64,000 nt of DNA from Eledone cirrhosa. Lineage: Eukaryota. Every line of letters begins with the position of its first letter. Position 1 is the stretch's first letter. Positions 44,156 through 56,763 of this stretch are shown piece by piece. The translations under genes were made by a program, and so were the position numbers. The stretch is from the NCBI GenBank assembly GCA_964016885.1, contig CAXHJY010001399.1, forward strand, positions 62,001-126,000, in the 5' to 3' direction. Below the pieces are notes generated by a model that was not told the origin of the DNA, made no database searches, and saw nothing but the letters and a program-made list of their open reading frames with translations.

Positions 44156-44918
44156 ATTCTTCTTCTTCTTCTTCTTCTTCTTCTTCTTCTTCTTCTTTGC
44201 CTTCTTCTTCTTCTTCTTCTTCTTCTTCTTCTTCTTCTTCTTCTTCTTCTTCTTCTTTGCCTTCTTCTTTGCCTTCTTCTTTGCCTTCTTCTTCTTCTTC
44301 TTCTTTGCCTTCTTCGCCTTCTTCTTCTTCTTCTTTGCCTTCTTCTTCTTCTTCTTCTTCTTCTTCTTCTTCTTCTTCTTCTTCTTTGCCTTCTTCTTTG
44401 CCTTCTTCTTTGCCTTCTTCTTCTTCTTCTTCTTCTTTGCCTTCTTCGCCTTCTTCTTCTTCTTCTTCTTCTTTGCCTTCTTCTTCTTCTTCTTCTTCTT
44501 CTTCTTCTTCTTCTTTGCCTTCTTCTTCTTCTTCTTCTTCTTTGCCTTCTTCTTTGCCTTCTTCTTTGCCTTCTTCTTTGCCTTCTTCTTTGCCTTCTTC
44601 TTCTTCTTCTTCTTCTTCTTTGCCTTCTTCGCCTTCTTCTTCTTCTTTGCCTTCTTCTTCTTCTTCTTCTTCTTCTTCTTCTTCTTCTTCTTCTTCTTCT
44701 TTGCCTTCTTCTTTGCCTTCTTCTTTGCCTTCTTCTTTGCCTTCTTCTTTGCCTTCTTCTTCTTCTTCTTCTTTGCCTTCTTCGCCTTCTTCTTCTTCTT
44801 TGCCTTCTTCGCCTTCTTCTTCTTCTTCTTCTTCTTTGCCTTCTTCTTCTTCTTCTTCTTCTTCTTCTTCTTTGCCTTCTTCTCCTTTGCCTTCTTCTTC
44901 TTTGCCTTCTTCTTCTTG
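44156..44918. repeat. (TTC)n microsatellite interrupted by TTTGCC
   Basis: About 760 bp of almost pure polypyrimidine. Confidence 0.95.
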
Positions 44919-45201
44919 CCACATCATATATGTACGTATGTATACATAAATGTATGTATGTATGTATGTATGTATGTATGTATGTATGTATGTATGTATG
45001 TATGTATGTATGTATGTATGTATGTATGTATATGTATAGTGTGTAACTCTGTGCTACAAAGCATGTTGTCCGACCCTCTACCGATACTGCCACACCACCA
45101 CCCTCAGATTATTAATAATGGTATATCGTGCAATGGCCATACTCGATAACGAGGGGGCAGCCATCATGTATGCATATATGTATGTATGTATATATGTTTA
45201 T

Positions 45202-45810
45202 GTCAGTTCACCAGTTGGTGCTACTGGTAACATGTATCCCAGTACAACCTGTCCCATGGTCGGGTCGTTGGCGACTAAACTGGCAACCCCACCAAGGTTT
45301 CTTGGTGAGGAGGGTGACTTTGGACATCCTGCAGGACTAAAAACAAAACCTATCAAAGGGCAAAGGAGCTCTTGAGAGTCAATGGCCATCCAAAATCACC
45401 GGGAGAGATGACCCCTTAGCCTTTGTCAAGGCAGAATTCTAGGAGAAGGAAAACTCTGATATAACACCTGCAACGCTGATGGTACCCAATGATGTTGACT
45501 TGTTCTTCTTTTTGGTAAATATCATCTTGGTTAAGAGAGTGGGACTGGCTTTGTGCAGTGCCTTTGCTCACTATAAAAGCTTCACGGCACAGGCATTGCT
45601 TTATATCTGGAGATCTTTCTGCACTTGTCGCCACATGGTATCATGGGCCCAGCTCTATGTGTCAATAATTGTCACAAGTGTAGTGTTTGTCCCAGGGTTT
45701 TCAAGTCGTTGGCTGGACTAAAAAGTCACACTCGTTCAGCGCATCAGTAGGGGTTCTCCTACATGGATATAAAGTAGTGGCCGTACTCGAAAACGAGTTG
45801 GCAGCCACCA
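45202..45810 (+). mobile_element. Full copy of the RTE-like non-autonomous repeat
   Basis: Homologous to 7971-8580; (TATG)n tail. Confidence 0.7.
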
Positions 45811-46088
45811 TATATGTATGTTTGTATGTATGTATGTATGTATGTATGTATGTATGTATGTATGTATGTATGTATGTATGTATGTATATATGTATGTATG
45901 TATGTATATATATATATGTATATATATATGTGTGTATATATATATGTGTGTATATATATGTGTATATATATATATGTGTGTATATATATGTGTATATATA
46001 TATATATGTGTGTATATATATATGTGTGTGTATATATATATATATATGTGTGTGTGTATATATATATATATGTGTATGTATATATATG

Positions 46089-46131
<43 letters not shown>

Positions 46132-46159
46132 GCATATATATATGTATATATATATATGC

Positions 46160-46191
<32 letters not shown>

Positions 46192-46220
46192 GCATATATA
46201 TATATGTGTGTGTGTATATG

Positions 46221-46251
<31 letters not shown>

Positions 46252-46368
46252 ATATGTATGTATATATATAAATATATATGCATATATATGTGTGTATGTA
46301 TATGCATATATATATGTGTGTATGTATATGTATATATATATATATATGTGTGTGTGTGTATGTATATG

Positions 46369-46415
<47 letters not shown>

Positions 46416-47212
46416 ATAACAATATTTATATTTATATATGTTTGATACAACTATAAATATGGAGGGTAGTACTAAGTACTAGCCGGTTACCGGTATGACA
46501 AAAGGCTCAATGCAAATTTTGAATCGTTTTACAGAGCCGAGTGTTAAAACGATCAAATTTTAGTTTAGAACATTTATTTGCTGACAATTGTTTCTTCCAG
46601 AGGGAAGTCTGGATTCATCGGAGTATAGGGAATGTCGAAACATGTTACTAAAATCCTAGTCATTTAGAACATTTAGGGTACATAATTGTTGTTAGTGTCA
46701 TAGGTAACATGTGGAGAGTCAGGAGTTAAAAAGATGTTCTGCTTGAAAGAACACAATTACAGGCAGCACTGGTTGGAAGTGTAATAGGTATAAGCGAAAA
46801 GCACAAGCAAAAAAATACAATCAAAAAAGTTATAAGCAAGGACAATTGGTGTACAATGCATGAGTCAATACAGTCAATAAGGCATGTATGAGGAAAGAGT
46901 TATAATGCAGTTGAAATAAACATATTTTGTGTGGGGTGTTAAAGCATGTTATAATTGTTATAAATGTTTAAGATAGTGTGCAATTTGTTATAGAGGCTTG
47001 TGGTGATCACGTAGGTATATGTTACGTGAGGTGTAATGCAAAGCACGTGATAGAGTTGGATATGTGATTTTCATTCAAGTCTTTTTGCGTTGTAGTTCGT
47101 ATGTATGTGTGTATGTTGTTTGTAACTCACAGCTATTAACCATGGGATTATTTTGAGTCGTTTATAGTCAATAGGTGTTTGTTTTTTAAATGTAAATTCC
47201 ACCGAATTACTG

Positions 47213-47281
<69 letters not shown>

Positions 47282-47285
<4 letters not shown>

Positions 47286-47967
47286 AGATTTGAATGGATA
47301 CAGTTTAGTTGAAAGGAATTTATTGACACGTGTTTCTATAACAGTTACATAACCTAAAACAGCTGCTATCTACAAACTTTTAGTTATGCAGACATTCAAT
47401 ATTTCAATATTATTTACTGTCATTTCATCAGAATAATATTACTGAGGACCTATTTAGTTTTTATAGAGAATATTAGGAGGGAGGGGTGAAGTTGTTAGAA
47501 GAATAGTTGAAGGAGTGGTTTTTCGATAGCAGTGAGAATTCTTGGTGGCAGTGAGTAATTAGATTCCCATCTGTTGTTTTGACATTTTTTATAGAATATA
47601 TTATTGGTTATTTTTCTAAATCTATAGAAGGATTAGAGATAGTAAAGATATGCGTGGTTGGTTTTGTGTTTGCACTTAATTAACATTCAGACTTAAATTT
47701 TTCTTTCAAGTGTACGTATCCTTTCACCCACGCATTCACAAACAAATATATTTGCATACCTCTACAAAATACATATACTCACAATTCACATATTCATACT
47801 TACATATATATACACATGCATACACATATATATACACACATGTATTCATGTACATACATACGCGCTCATGTGTATACATTTTCATACTCAACTTATCTTC
47901 GAGCAAACTCTACGTGAGCTTATAATCTACTGTGTGTAATATTTATATTACAACACAACGGAAAATA

Positions 47968-47971
<4 letters not shown>
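47282..47971. mobile_element. PLE-like remnant in (TA)n with a long-stem-II HHR
   Basis: Reverse complement of 47320-47436 reads TTATT-CTGATGA-long insert-GAAA-CACGTG-TC-AATAA; both ends shared with 60731-60999. Confidence 0.65.
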
Positions 47972-48002
<31 letters not shown>

Positions 48003-48121
48003 TATATATATATTAGTAATAATAAGCTTGAAAAGTAAAACCCAAAGAGGGCTCTTTAAGGATAAATATATATTAAATATATAAGAACCGTAGAGCAAAT
48101 ATTTATTAAATAACAGATTAA

Positions 48122-48172
48122 AGTTTAAGCAAAGAATTGGTGCTTTCACCCTTAACGGGATCTTCTGAAACT
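48122..48172 (-). ncRNA. HHR-like motif with a CAGAAGA core
   Basis: Reverse complement reads AGTTT-CAGAAGA-TCCC.GGGT-GAAA-GCA...TGC-TT-AAACT; second copy at 58311-58361. Confidence 0.5.
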
Positions 48173-48183
48173 AACAAAGTCAG

Positions 48184-48266
<83 letters not shown>

Positions 48267-48267
48267 A

Positions 48268-48486
48268 AGGCGTGTGTCTGAGTGGTTAGAGAATTGTATT
48301 CGCAATCGTAAGGATGTGAGTTCGATTCCTGGACCAGGCGATGCGTTATGTCCTTGAGCAAGACACTTTATTTCACGTTGCTCCTTCTACCTGGAGTTGC
48401 GACCGATAGATAGTATTAGCAATTGGAAAGACCAACGGAAACATTGTTCCCTCGGTCCGATTTGACAAAAAAAGTCGATCGTTCCT
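48268..48486 (+). mobile_element. Short tRNA-derived SINE (about 215 bp) in (TA)n
   Basis: A box (TGGCTGAGTGG in the 57838 copy), B box GAGTTCGATTCC; copies at 48541-48755 and 57838-58052. Confidence 0.8.
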
Positions 48487-48490
48487 ATAT

Positions 48491-48540
<50 letters not shown>

Positions 48541-48779
48541 AAGGCGTGTGGCCGAGTGGTTAGAGAATTGGATTCCTAATCGTGAGGTTGTGAGTTCGAT
48601 TCCCGGACCGGGCGATGCGTTATGTCCTTGAGCAAGACACCTTTATTTCACGTTGCTCCTTCTACCTGGGGTTGCGACCGATAGAGAGTACTAGCAATTG
48701 GAAAGACCAACGGAACCATTGTTTCCTCGGTCCGATTTGACGAAAGTCGATCGATAAAAAAAAAATATATATATATATT

Positions 48780-48830
<51 letters not shown>

Positions 48831-48832
48831 GG

Positions 48833-48886
<54 letters not shown>

Positions 48887-48930
48887 ATATTAAACAAATG
48901 GAAACTATATTTATATTTATAAAACCATAT

Positions 48931-48998
48931 TTATTTCGTTATATATATTTCTGGGATATCATATTAAAAATATGTTATGCCTTCCTCAGACAAAATAA
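48931..48998 (-). ncRNA. Type I HHR motif
   Basis: Reverse complement reads TTATTTTGT-CTGAGGA-stem II-GAAA-TATATA-TA-ACGAAATAA; flank related to 40800-40840. Confidence 0.65.
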
Positions 48999-49075
48999 TA
49001 TCGTAAACCTACTCCAGAAACTGTTGAGTTGTAACCCAACAATCGTTGTAACCCAACAATCTTAAATAAAACTTT

Positions 49076-49117
<42 letters not shown>

Positions 49118-49121
<4 letters not shown>

Positions 49122-49667
49122 GATAAATCTACCAAGAGTTTACGGTAGTGTCCAATCCGTATGAAGAACTCAATGTATTCCGGATATCATGGAAAGAAGA
49201 AATGTAATGAAAAATCACTTTCGGTGAAAGATAAACGGTATACAGAGTCAAGATAAAATATTAAACAAATAATGAATAAACAATGAGACAGTTCCTTATA
49301 TTAAACAAAAAAAGTTCATTATTTAACGATCGTTTCTAGGATATATATGTGTTAGAATTGGCATGCATATTCAACAGATCTATGTACAAAATTATACAAA
49401 ATTATACAAACTATCAAGATTAAATATACATACCAACACATATATACGCCGTCTTCAGAAATAATTATTTCTGAAGACGGCGTATATATGTGTTGGTATG
49501 TATATTTAATCTTGATAGTTTGTATAATTTTGTATAATTTTGTACATAGATCTGTTGAATATGCATGCCAATTCTAACACATATATATCCTAGAAACGAT
49601 CGTTAAATAATGAACTTTTTTTGTTTAATATAAGGAACTGTCTCATTGTTTATTCATTATTTGTTTA

Positions 49668-49676
<9 letters not shown>
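49118..49676. mobile_element. 424-bp spacerless palindrome plus tail, in (TA)n, with two HHRs
   Basis: 49253-49464 / 49465-49676; centre lies at the 5' edge of HHR stem I; tail 49118-49252. Confidence 0.85.
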
Positions 49677-49698
<22 letters not shown>

Positions 49699-49884
49699 GG
49701 ACCAGCAGTACCGCTGGTAGAGGCTAAAACTGCCAAAGTCCTCCTCAACGGCTGATGACCCTGGAGTTCTGTGTATTTCGTTTGTATTTTTTTTTTTTTT
49801 AAATAATCGTTAAAGGTTTTCCTTTTGAAAAAATGTTTTTCGTTTTGCCTTGTTTTCGTTCGTTGTCTTGTTAATTTTTCTAAG

Positions 49885-49960
<76 letters not shown>

Positions 49961-50174
49961 GCTGACATACATATTTATGGCTGACACACATAACAGTCAT
50001 ATCAAGCTGGGATGGCTGTGATCTGGAGTCGACAGCTGAAGAACAGAGTGTCCCGCAGCGAAAGTTGTATGTGAAATACATAATTCATATATGTGTGTGT
50101 GTGTGTGTGTATATATATATGTATGATACCATCAACACTATACACACAGAGCTGGCATATCTAAGAACTGACTA

Positions 50175-50230
50175 ACTGCCTGATGAGGTCATAGCCATTC
50201 AATGGCTATCATCGAAATATATATAGCAGT
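50175..50230 (+). ncRNA. Type I HHR motif
   Basis: ACTGC-CTGATGA-GGTCATAGCCAT.ATGGCTATCATC-GAAA-TATATA-TA-GCAGT. Confidence 0.75.
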
Positions 50231-50285
50231 AAATAAAGGATTATGAGTTCATGCAATTGACTTGTTTCGTCATTATATATATATA

Positions 50286-50475
50286 GGGCGGTGGATTGGC
50301 AGTATCGGTAGAGGGTCGGACGCCATGCTTTCCAGCATAGTTACGTCCCTTTACGGACCGAGTTCAAATCCCGCCGAGGTTAACTTTGTCTTTCATCCTT
50401 ACGGAGTCGATAAAATAAAGTACCAGTAATACACTGGGTAATTGCTGGCCTTGTGACAAAAGTAGAAACAATTAT
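50286..50475 (+). mobile_element. Full-length OK-like tRNA-derived SINE
   Basis: A box TGGCAGTATCGG, B box GAGTTCAAATCC, 3' GGCCTTGTG..AAAAGTAGAAACAATT. Confidence 0.8.
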
Positions 50476-51025
50476 ATTAAGACTCTTGTCTAGTAGCGTG
50501 AAGTGACTAATAATACCAGACCCCCCCACTGGACAGGACGCCAGTCCATCGCAGGATTAGACAACCTAGCTGCTGCCTGTACTCATTTTCAGCTGAGTAT
50601 AGTGTTTTGAAGTGTTTTGCTCTAGTACACAACAGACAACCCAGCCCAGGAATCGAACCCACGACATTATGATCGTAAGTCCAACACCCTTACCACCAGA
50701 CCACTTGCTTCCACCATTATATTAAGGTTAACTCAGAACTTCTGAGTTCCAGATTAGCATACGGAAACATTTAACTGGATAAACTGCAAATGATTACCGC
50801 CATTCGTATCTTGTAACCCGTCCCCCCCTACCGCTCTGGTAAAGGGCCTGAGTGCTATGGCCCTGAAAATACATTTGCAATCTTATTTTACATGTTTTGC
50901 TTGGCAAATCTACCTGATTTAGAAGTGTTTTCGTCACGGACCCGTTTGGGCGTTTAAGCGTGGCGGAGCCATTCCTCTCCAGGTGTGAGAACAGCCGATT
51001 ATTTCCAGACACAGACAAAAGTATT

Positions 51026-51085
<60 letters not shown>

Positions 51086-51542
51086 GCGCCGAAACATCGG
51101 TTCGGGATACATTTACAGCTGACGATGGAAACTCCTTTCTTCCTTTCTCCTCCTGTTCCGTCCTTACCACCATCCTAAACCTTGTTTTTAGTAACCACAC
51201 AGCTCCTTTCGTTTCATAACTTTTTATATATATATATATACTAGCTGATCCCGTGCCGTCAAAAATGTCGGCTAATTGTAATATGTATCCATAATATAAA
51301 AAAGAAATGTTGGTTGGTTGGTTTCTTTTCGCTCACTCACTCACGCAAGTGATACAAACATACAAACAGACCGTCAGTGTGTGTAGCCAAATCGCTACAC
51401 ATACACACACATCTGTGACGAATCTACGCTGGACGTTTATAGTTTCTCACCCCACTCCTTCCACAGTCATCACATAGATGTGTGTGTATGTAATGGTTGT
51501 TTTTTGTAAGTGTGTCTGTTTATATATATATATATATATATA

Positions 51543-51593
<51 letters not shown>

Positions 51594-51654
51594 GATCTTT
51601 GTGTGTTTGAAATTCTATTGTCTATGTATCTTTCTAAATAAACACAAACAAATA

Positions 51655-52635
51655 TCTATATATATATATAAAACTGAGGATGTCTGTCTGTGTGTGTGTG
51701 AGTTTGAATCGCTAAAACCCGAGAACCACTCAACCGACTGTTTTCAAACTTTACACATGTAATACTTATGTTTCAGGAAGTGTTCTAAGCAAAATAAAAT
51801 TTCAAATTTTCAATGCCCTAGGGACCGCATTAGGCGATTTAGCGATCTCTCTCTATAATTCTTAGTCTTTCTCTTTTTAGATAGATATATACATATAACG
51901 TCGCACCTTTATAATTGTTTCTACTTTAGGCACAAGGCCAGGAATTAACCAGTGCATTACTGGTACTTTTATTTTATCGACCCCGTAAGGATGAAAGGCA
52001 AAGTCAACCTCAGCGGGATTTGAACTCAGATCGTAAAGGGACGTAACTATGCTGGAAGGCATGGCGTCCGACCCTTTACCGATACTGCCAATCAACCGCC
52101 CTTATAATATCTGTCTGTATGTCTGGCTGTCTGCATTACGTCACTCCCCTGAGGATGTCTGTGTGTGTGTGTGTGAGTTTGAATCCCTAAAACTCGATAA
52201 GTACCCAACCGATTTTTTTGAAACTTTACATGTGTATTACTTATGTTTCAGGGAGTGTTATGCACATAAAATTCAACTTTTTGATCTCCTAGGGCCCGCA
52301 TTAGGTGAAAAACTGCGTTTTTAAAGCTTTTTTTTTTTTTTTAGGCGTTACGTCAGACCGATTTCCTTGAAATTGTAACTATGTATTAATCAGTCTCTTC
52401 TTCATACCGTGAGCAAAGAAAATCCATCTTTTTTATGGCCTAGGGCCCGCATTAGGTGAAAACCTGCATTTTCCCTGCTTCATCGAGGAAAATCTTAAAG
52501 ATTATCCAACCATCAGAGTATTCGGTTTATTTTCTTTACATATTGTCCAGGCATGCAGTTTTTCCACAATTAGGTCTGATGGCGGCCCGCGTTCCAAAAT
52601 ACCTATTCCCGTGCAACGCCGGGTACCACTGCTAG
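51655..52635 (+). mobile_element. Non-autonomous Helitron with a nested SINE
   Basis: A-TC start, internal duplication, CCCGTGCAACGCCGGG hairpin plus CTAG-T end; SINE at 51913-52102. Confidence 0.75.
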
Positions 52636-52842
52636 TTATATATAAATATAATTTACACAAACACACATATACACAAACACTCACATAATCATAACAGCCA
52701 ATGTGTGTAGCCAATTTGCGATACATATAGACACACAGGTGTAGTAAATATTAGACGCTGCCAGCTCTTCCTTCCTCAGTCGATGTTATCACCCCCTCTT
52801 TCCTCGGTCATCTCTCCTGCGTTACGGACAAACACACGAGGC

Positions 52843-52876
<34 letters not shown>

Positions 52877-53156
52877 ATAATAATTGTTTCTATTTTAGGC
52901 ACAAGGCCAGCAATTATCCAGTACATTACTGGTACTTTATTTTATCGACCCCGTAAGGATGAAAGGCAAAGTTAACCTCGGCGGGATTTGAACTCAGATC
53001 ATAAAGGGACGTAACTATGCTTCAAAGCATGGTGTCCGACTCTCTACCGATACTGCCAATCCATTGCCCTTATATAGTAATAATAATAAATGTGAATCCA
53101 AAGAGGGCTCGATAAGGGTGAAAGCAGCGATTCTTTGCTTAAACTTTAATCTGTTA

Positions 53157-53244
<88 letters not shown>

Positions 53245-53248
<4 letters not shown>

Positions 53249-54253
53249 CCGTTATATCGCGTGACTATCTCCCCCTCCGCCTTTTGGGATTCTTTCTCAC
53301 GTCGTGTAGACGCGTTCTTGAGACTAGTAAAATGAGGTATCCTCTTGATAAGTCGGCAGACCTCGCAGGGACTCTATATCTTTATGATGTATTGTTTTTG
53401 TTTATGCCACGAAACTACGTAGTCGAGGAATCTAGGAGCAGTTTAGGTATGATACATTTTATTACTAATTATATCTAAATGTTTCTTCTCTCTTCATAAT
53501 GTATTTTTAACTCTGATACTGGTTCAGTCTAGTTCAACCGGATTGGTCTGTCCCAGTCATTCATTGAGCAACATCGGTGAAGTTGGCACCCTTAACTCAC
53601 GGTTGGGTGCGGATGCATTCATGTATATGTGTGTGTCCGCATGTATCTGTGTGTTTCTAAATATATTGTTAATAACTCCCTCTGGTCGAGCAATCTTTGA
53701 AGTGTGGGGACTGCTGGAAAGCTTCCATTACACATACTTCTCGCCCCCTTCACCACCTCTTCTACGGCTTCGATATAAATACCCCCTCCGCCTCCGTGGT
53801 ATTTTCTTCGGGGTTATAAGAGGCTTAGCTCTGTTTCTCGACCGTTATATCGCGTGACTATCTCCCCCTCCGCCCTTTGAGATTCTTTCTCACGTCGTGT
53901 AGACGCGTTCTTGAGACTAGTAAAATGAGGTATCCTCTTGATAAGTCGGCAGACGTCGCAGGGACTCTATATCTTTATGATGTATTGTTTTTGTTTATGC
54001 CACGAAACTACGTAGTCGAGGAATCTAGGAGCAGTTTAGGTATGATACATTTTATTACTAATTATATCTAAATGTTTCTTCTCTCTTCATAATGTATTTT
54101 TAACTCTGATACTGGTTCAGTCTAGTTCAACCGGATTGGTCTGTCCCAGTCATTCATTGAGCAACATCGGTGAAGTTGGCACCCTTAACTCACGGTTGGG
54201 TGCGGATGCATTCATGTATATGTGTGTGTCCGCATGTATCTGTGTGTTTCTAA

Positions 54254-54260
<7 letters not shown>
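53245..54260 (+). mobile_element. Partial-tandem (593-bp period) HHR-bearing non-coding element in (TA)n
   Basis: 53245-53667 is repeated at 53838-54260; HHR motifs at 53340-53429 and 53933-54022. Confidence 0.8.
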
Positions 54261-54312
<52 letters not shown>

Positions 54313-54315
<3 letters not shown>

Positions 54316-55779
54316 GGAGGTGAGTTTTATTGTAGTACAATAAAGCAATGCAGATATCGGATAAGAAGCACTCTACAGTTTGTGGGACTGGAGTATGCAT
54401 AATATAAGATCAAAAGATGGTTAAAGGAGTTCCATATATTTTATTATGCGCATTTCAAAAACAAACATCATCATGCAATAATATTTGTGTTTTCATCAGA
54501 TAAAATAGGAGAACATGATATGAAGGCTAAAAAACACTTGTGGATAGTGCAGTTTTAAATCAACATATGAAAAGTGGTTTTAGATTGATGTGTGATATTG
54601 GGAAAAATATTTTATTTAGAGAGGGGGGGGGGGGGATGAAAAGGGAAGGAGATGAGAGGGAGAGATGGGTGATAGAGAGAAAGAGATAGTTTTTATAACT
54701 GAGAGGAGATATATTTTTTACATAGAGAGGTTGAAAACCGTTGGAAGATACTGGATAAATTAAAAATTTTGAAAATTAACGAAGGGGGGATATGTGCGAG
54801 GAAAAAATATTTTATTTAGGGAGGGGGGGGTGGAAAGGATGAAAAAGATATTCATCCGCAATCATTATTATTTTTTCTCTCTATCATAAATCTTTTTAAT
54901 CTCAATTTCATCCTTAATTTATTATTATTTTTTTCTCCCCATCAACGAACTCATTATTAATACATATTAACTCTTTATTCGCACATATTATCAATTCAAT
55001 CAATATACAAACTTTAACTTCACATTATTTTTCTCAAATCCTTCTACACACAAACCTTAACAATTTTTCTCTTCGCTAATTTTGAAATTGCCACAATACA
55101 TACATTTCTTTTTTTTGACGTTAGAATATTCACCCACAATTATTATTTTTTTCTCTCTATCTTCATACATAATTTCCCTTCGTTAATTTTCAAATTCCTT
55201 TAATTTATACATTATCTTCCAACGGTTCCCAACCTCTCTATATTAAAACAATATATCTTTTTCTCAGTTATAAAAACTATCTCTTTCTCTCTATCACCCA
55301 TCTCTCCCTCTCCACCTTCACTCTCATCTCCTCCCCCTTTTTTTCATCCCCCCCCCCCTCCCTAAATAAAATATTTTTTCCTCGCACATATCCTCCCTTC
55401 GTTAATTTTCAAAATTTTTAATTTATACAGTATCTTCCAACGGTTTTCAACCTCTCTATGTAAAAAATATATCTCCTCTCAGTTATAAAAACTATCTCTT
55501 TCTCTCTATCACCCATCTCTCCCTCTCATCTCCTTCCCTTTTCATCCTCCCCCCCTCTCTAAATAAAATATTTTTCCCAATATCACACATCAATCTAAAA
55601 CCACTTTTCATATGTTGATTTAAAACTGCACTATCCACAAGTGTTTTTTAGCCTTCATATCATGTTCTCCTATTTTATCTGATGAAAACACAAATATTAT
55701 TGCATGATGATGTTTGTTTTTGAAATGCGCATAATAAAATATATGGAACTCCTTTAACCATCTTTTGATCTTATATTAT
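54313..55779. mobile_element. Large inverted repeat (about 430-bp arms) plus tail in (TA)n, HHR in each arm
   Basis: About 54399-54830 vs 55345-55779; TATTTTAT-CTGATGA-stem II-GAAA-TGCGCA-TA-ATAAAATA at 55671-55741, mirror at 54437-54507. Confidence 0.8.
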
Positions 55780-56473
55780 ATATATATATATATATATATA
55801 CATTCGTTTGAGTGCCAGTATAAATTAACGTCATGCTGCACGTGATAACCAATATCGTTGTGATGACTATGAAGTTTTGTGCGTTCGAAAAGCTGAACTT
55901 GTTGAGGTATTTATTTCTAAAACGATTGATTCCGATGATTCCCACGAGGATGAAACAATTGTTAATCAAATTATGATGTAAATAATTGTTTCTATTTTAG
56001 GCACAAGGCCAGCAATTACCAAGTGCATTACTGGTACTTTATTTTATCGACTCCGTAAGGATGAAAATCAAAGTCAACCTCGGCGGGATTTGAACTCAGA
56101 TCGTAAAGGGACGTAACTATGCTGGAATAATAGTGTTTATAACATATTTTAATGAATATGAGAAATCGTCTGTGATCAGATTTGGAGAGGTGATGGGTTC
56201 TGCCAGGTTTAAACATGGCGAAGACACGCCATAGGCCTCCACGGCACCTCAACGGCTCCAGCTGGAGTTACGGCTACATACATATATACATACATACATA
56301 CACACATATACATATACATACACATATACATACATACTTATATACATACATACACACACACATATATATACATACACAGATACATACACACGCACATAAA
56401 TACATACACACACACATACATACACACACATACATGAATACACACACACATACATACATACATACATACATAC

Positions 56474-56548
<75 letters not shown>

Positions 56549-56552
56549 TAAT

Positions 56553-56595
<43 letters not shown>

Positions 56596-56763
56596 CCACA
56601 TGATAATAGAATAATAGGCCTTTCGGCGAAAAGAATTGCAACAAGCCAACTTCCGGTCCAGCTGTTTGTAACTATAGAGACGTGAGAAACATGGCCTGTA
56701 GGTGTACAATATTTCTATAAATATTGCTGAAACTCCGTATATAGCAGTTTTTACAGTGATATA

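Noticed and set aside
44118-45149. Poly-F/S/E/R ORFs
   Set aside because: (TTC)n microsatellite open in several frames
49750-49790. CTGATGA motif
   Set aside because: No downstream stem II-GAAA arrangement
50835-50880. HHR-like AGGGCC/GGCCCT stem followed by GAAA
   Set aside because: Core reads CTGGTAA and stem I is not convincing; at best a decayed copy
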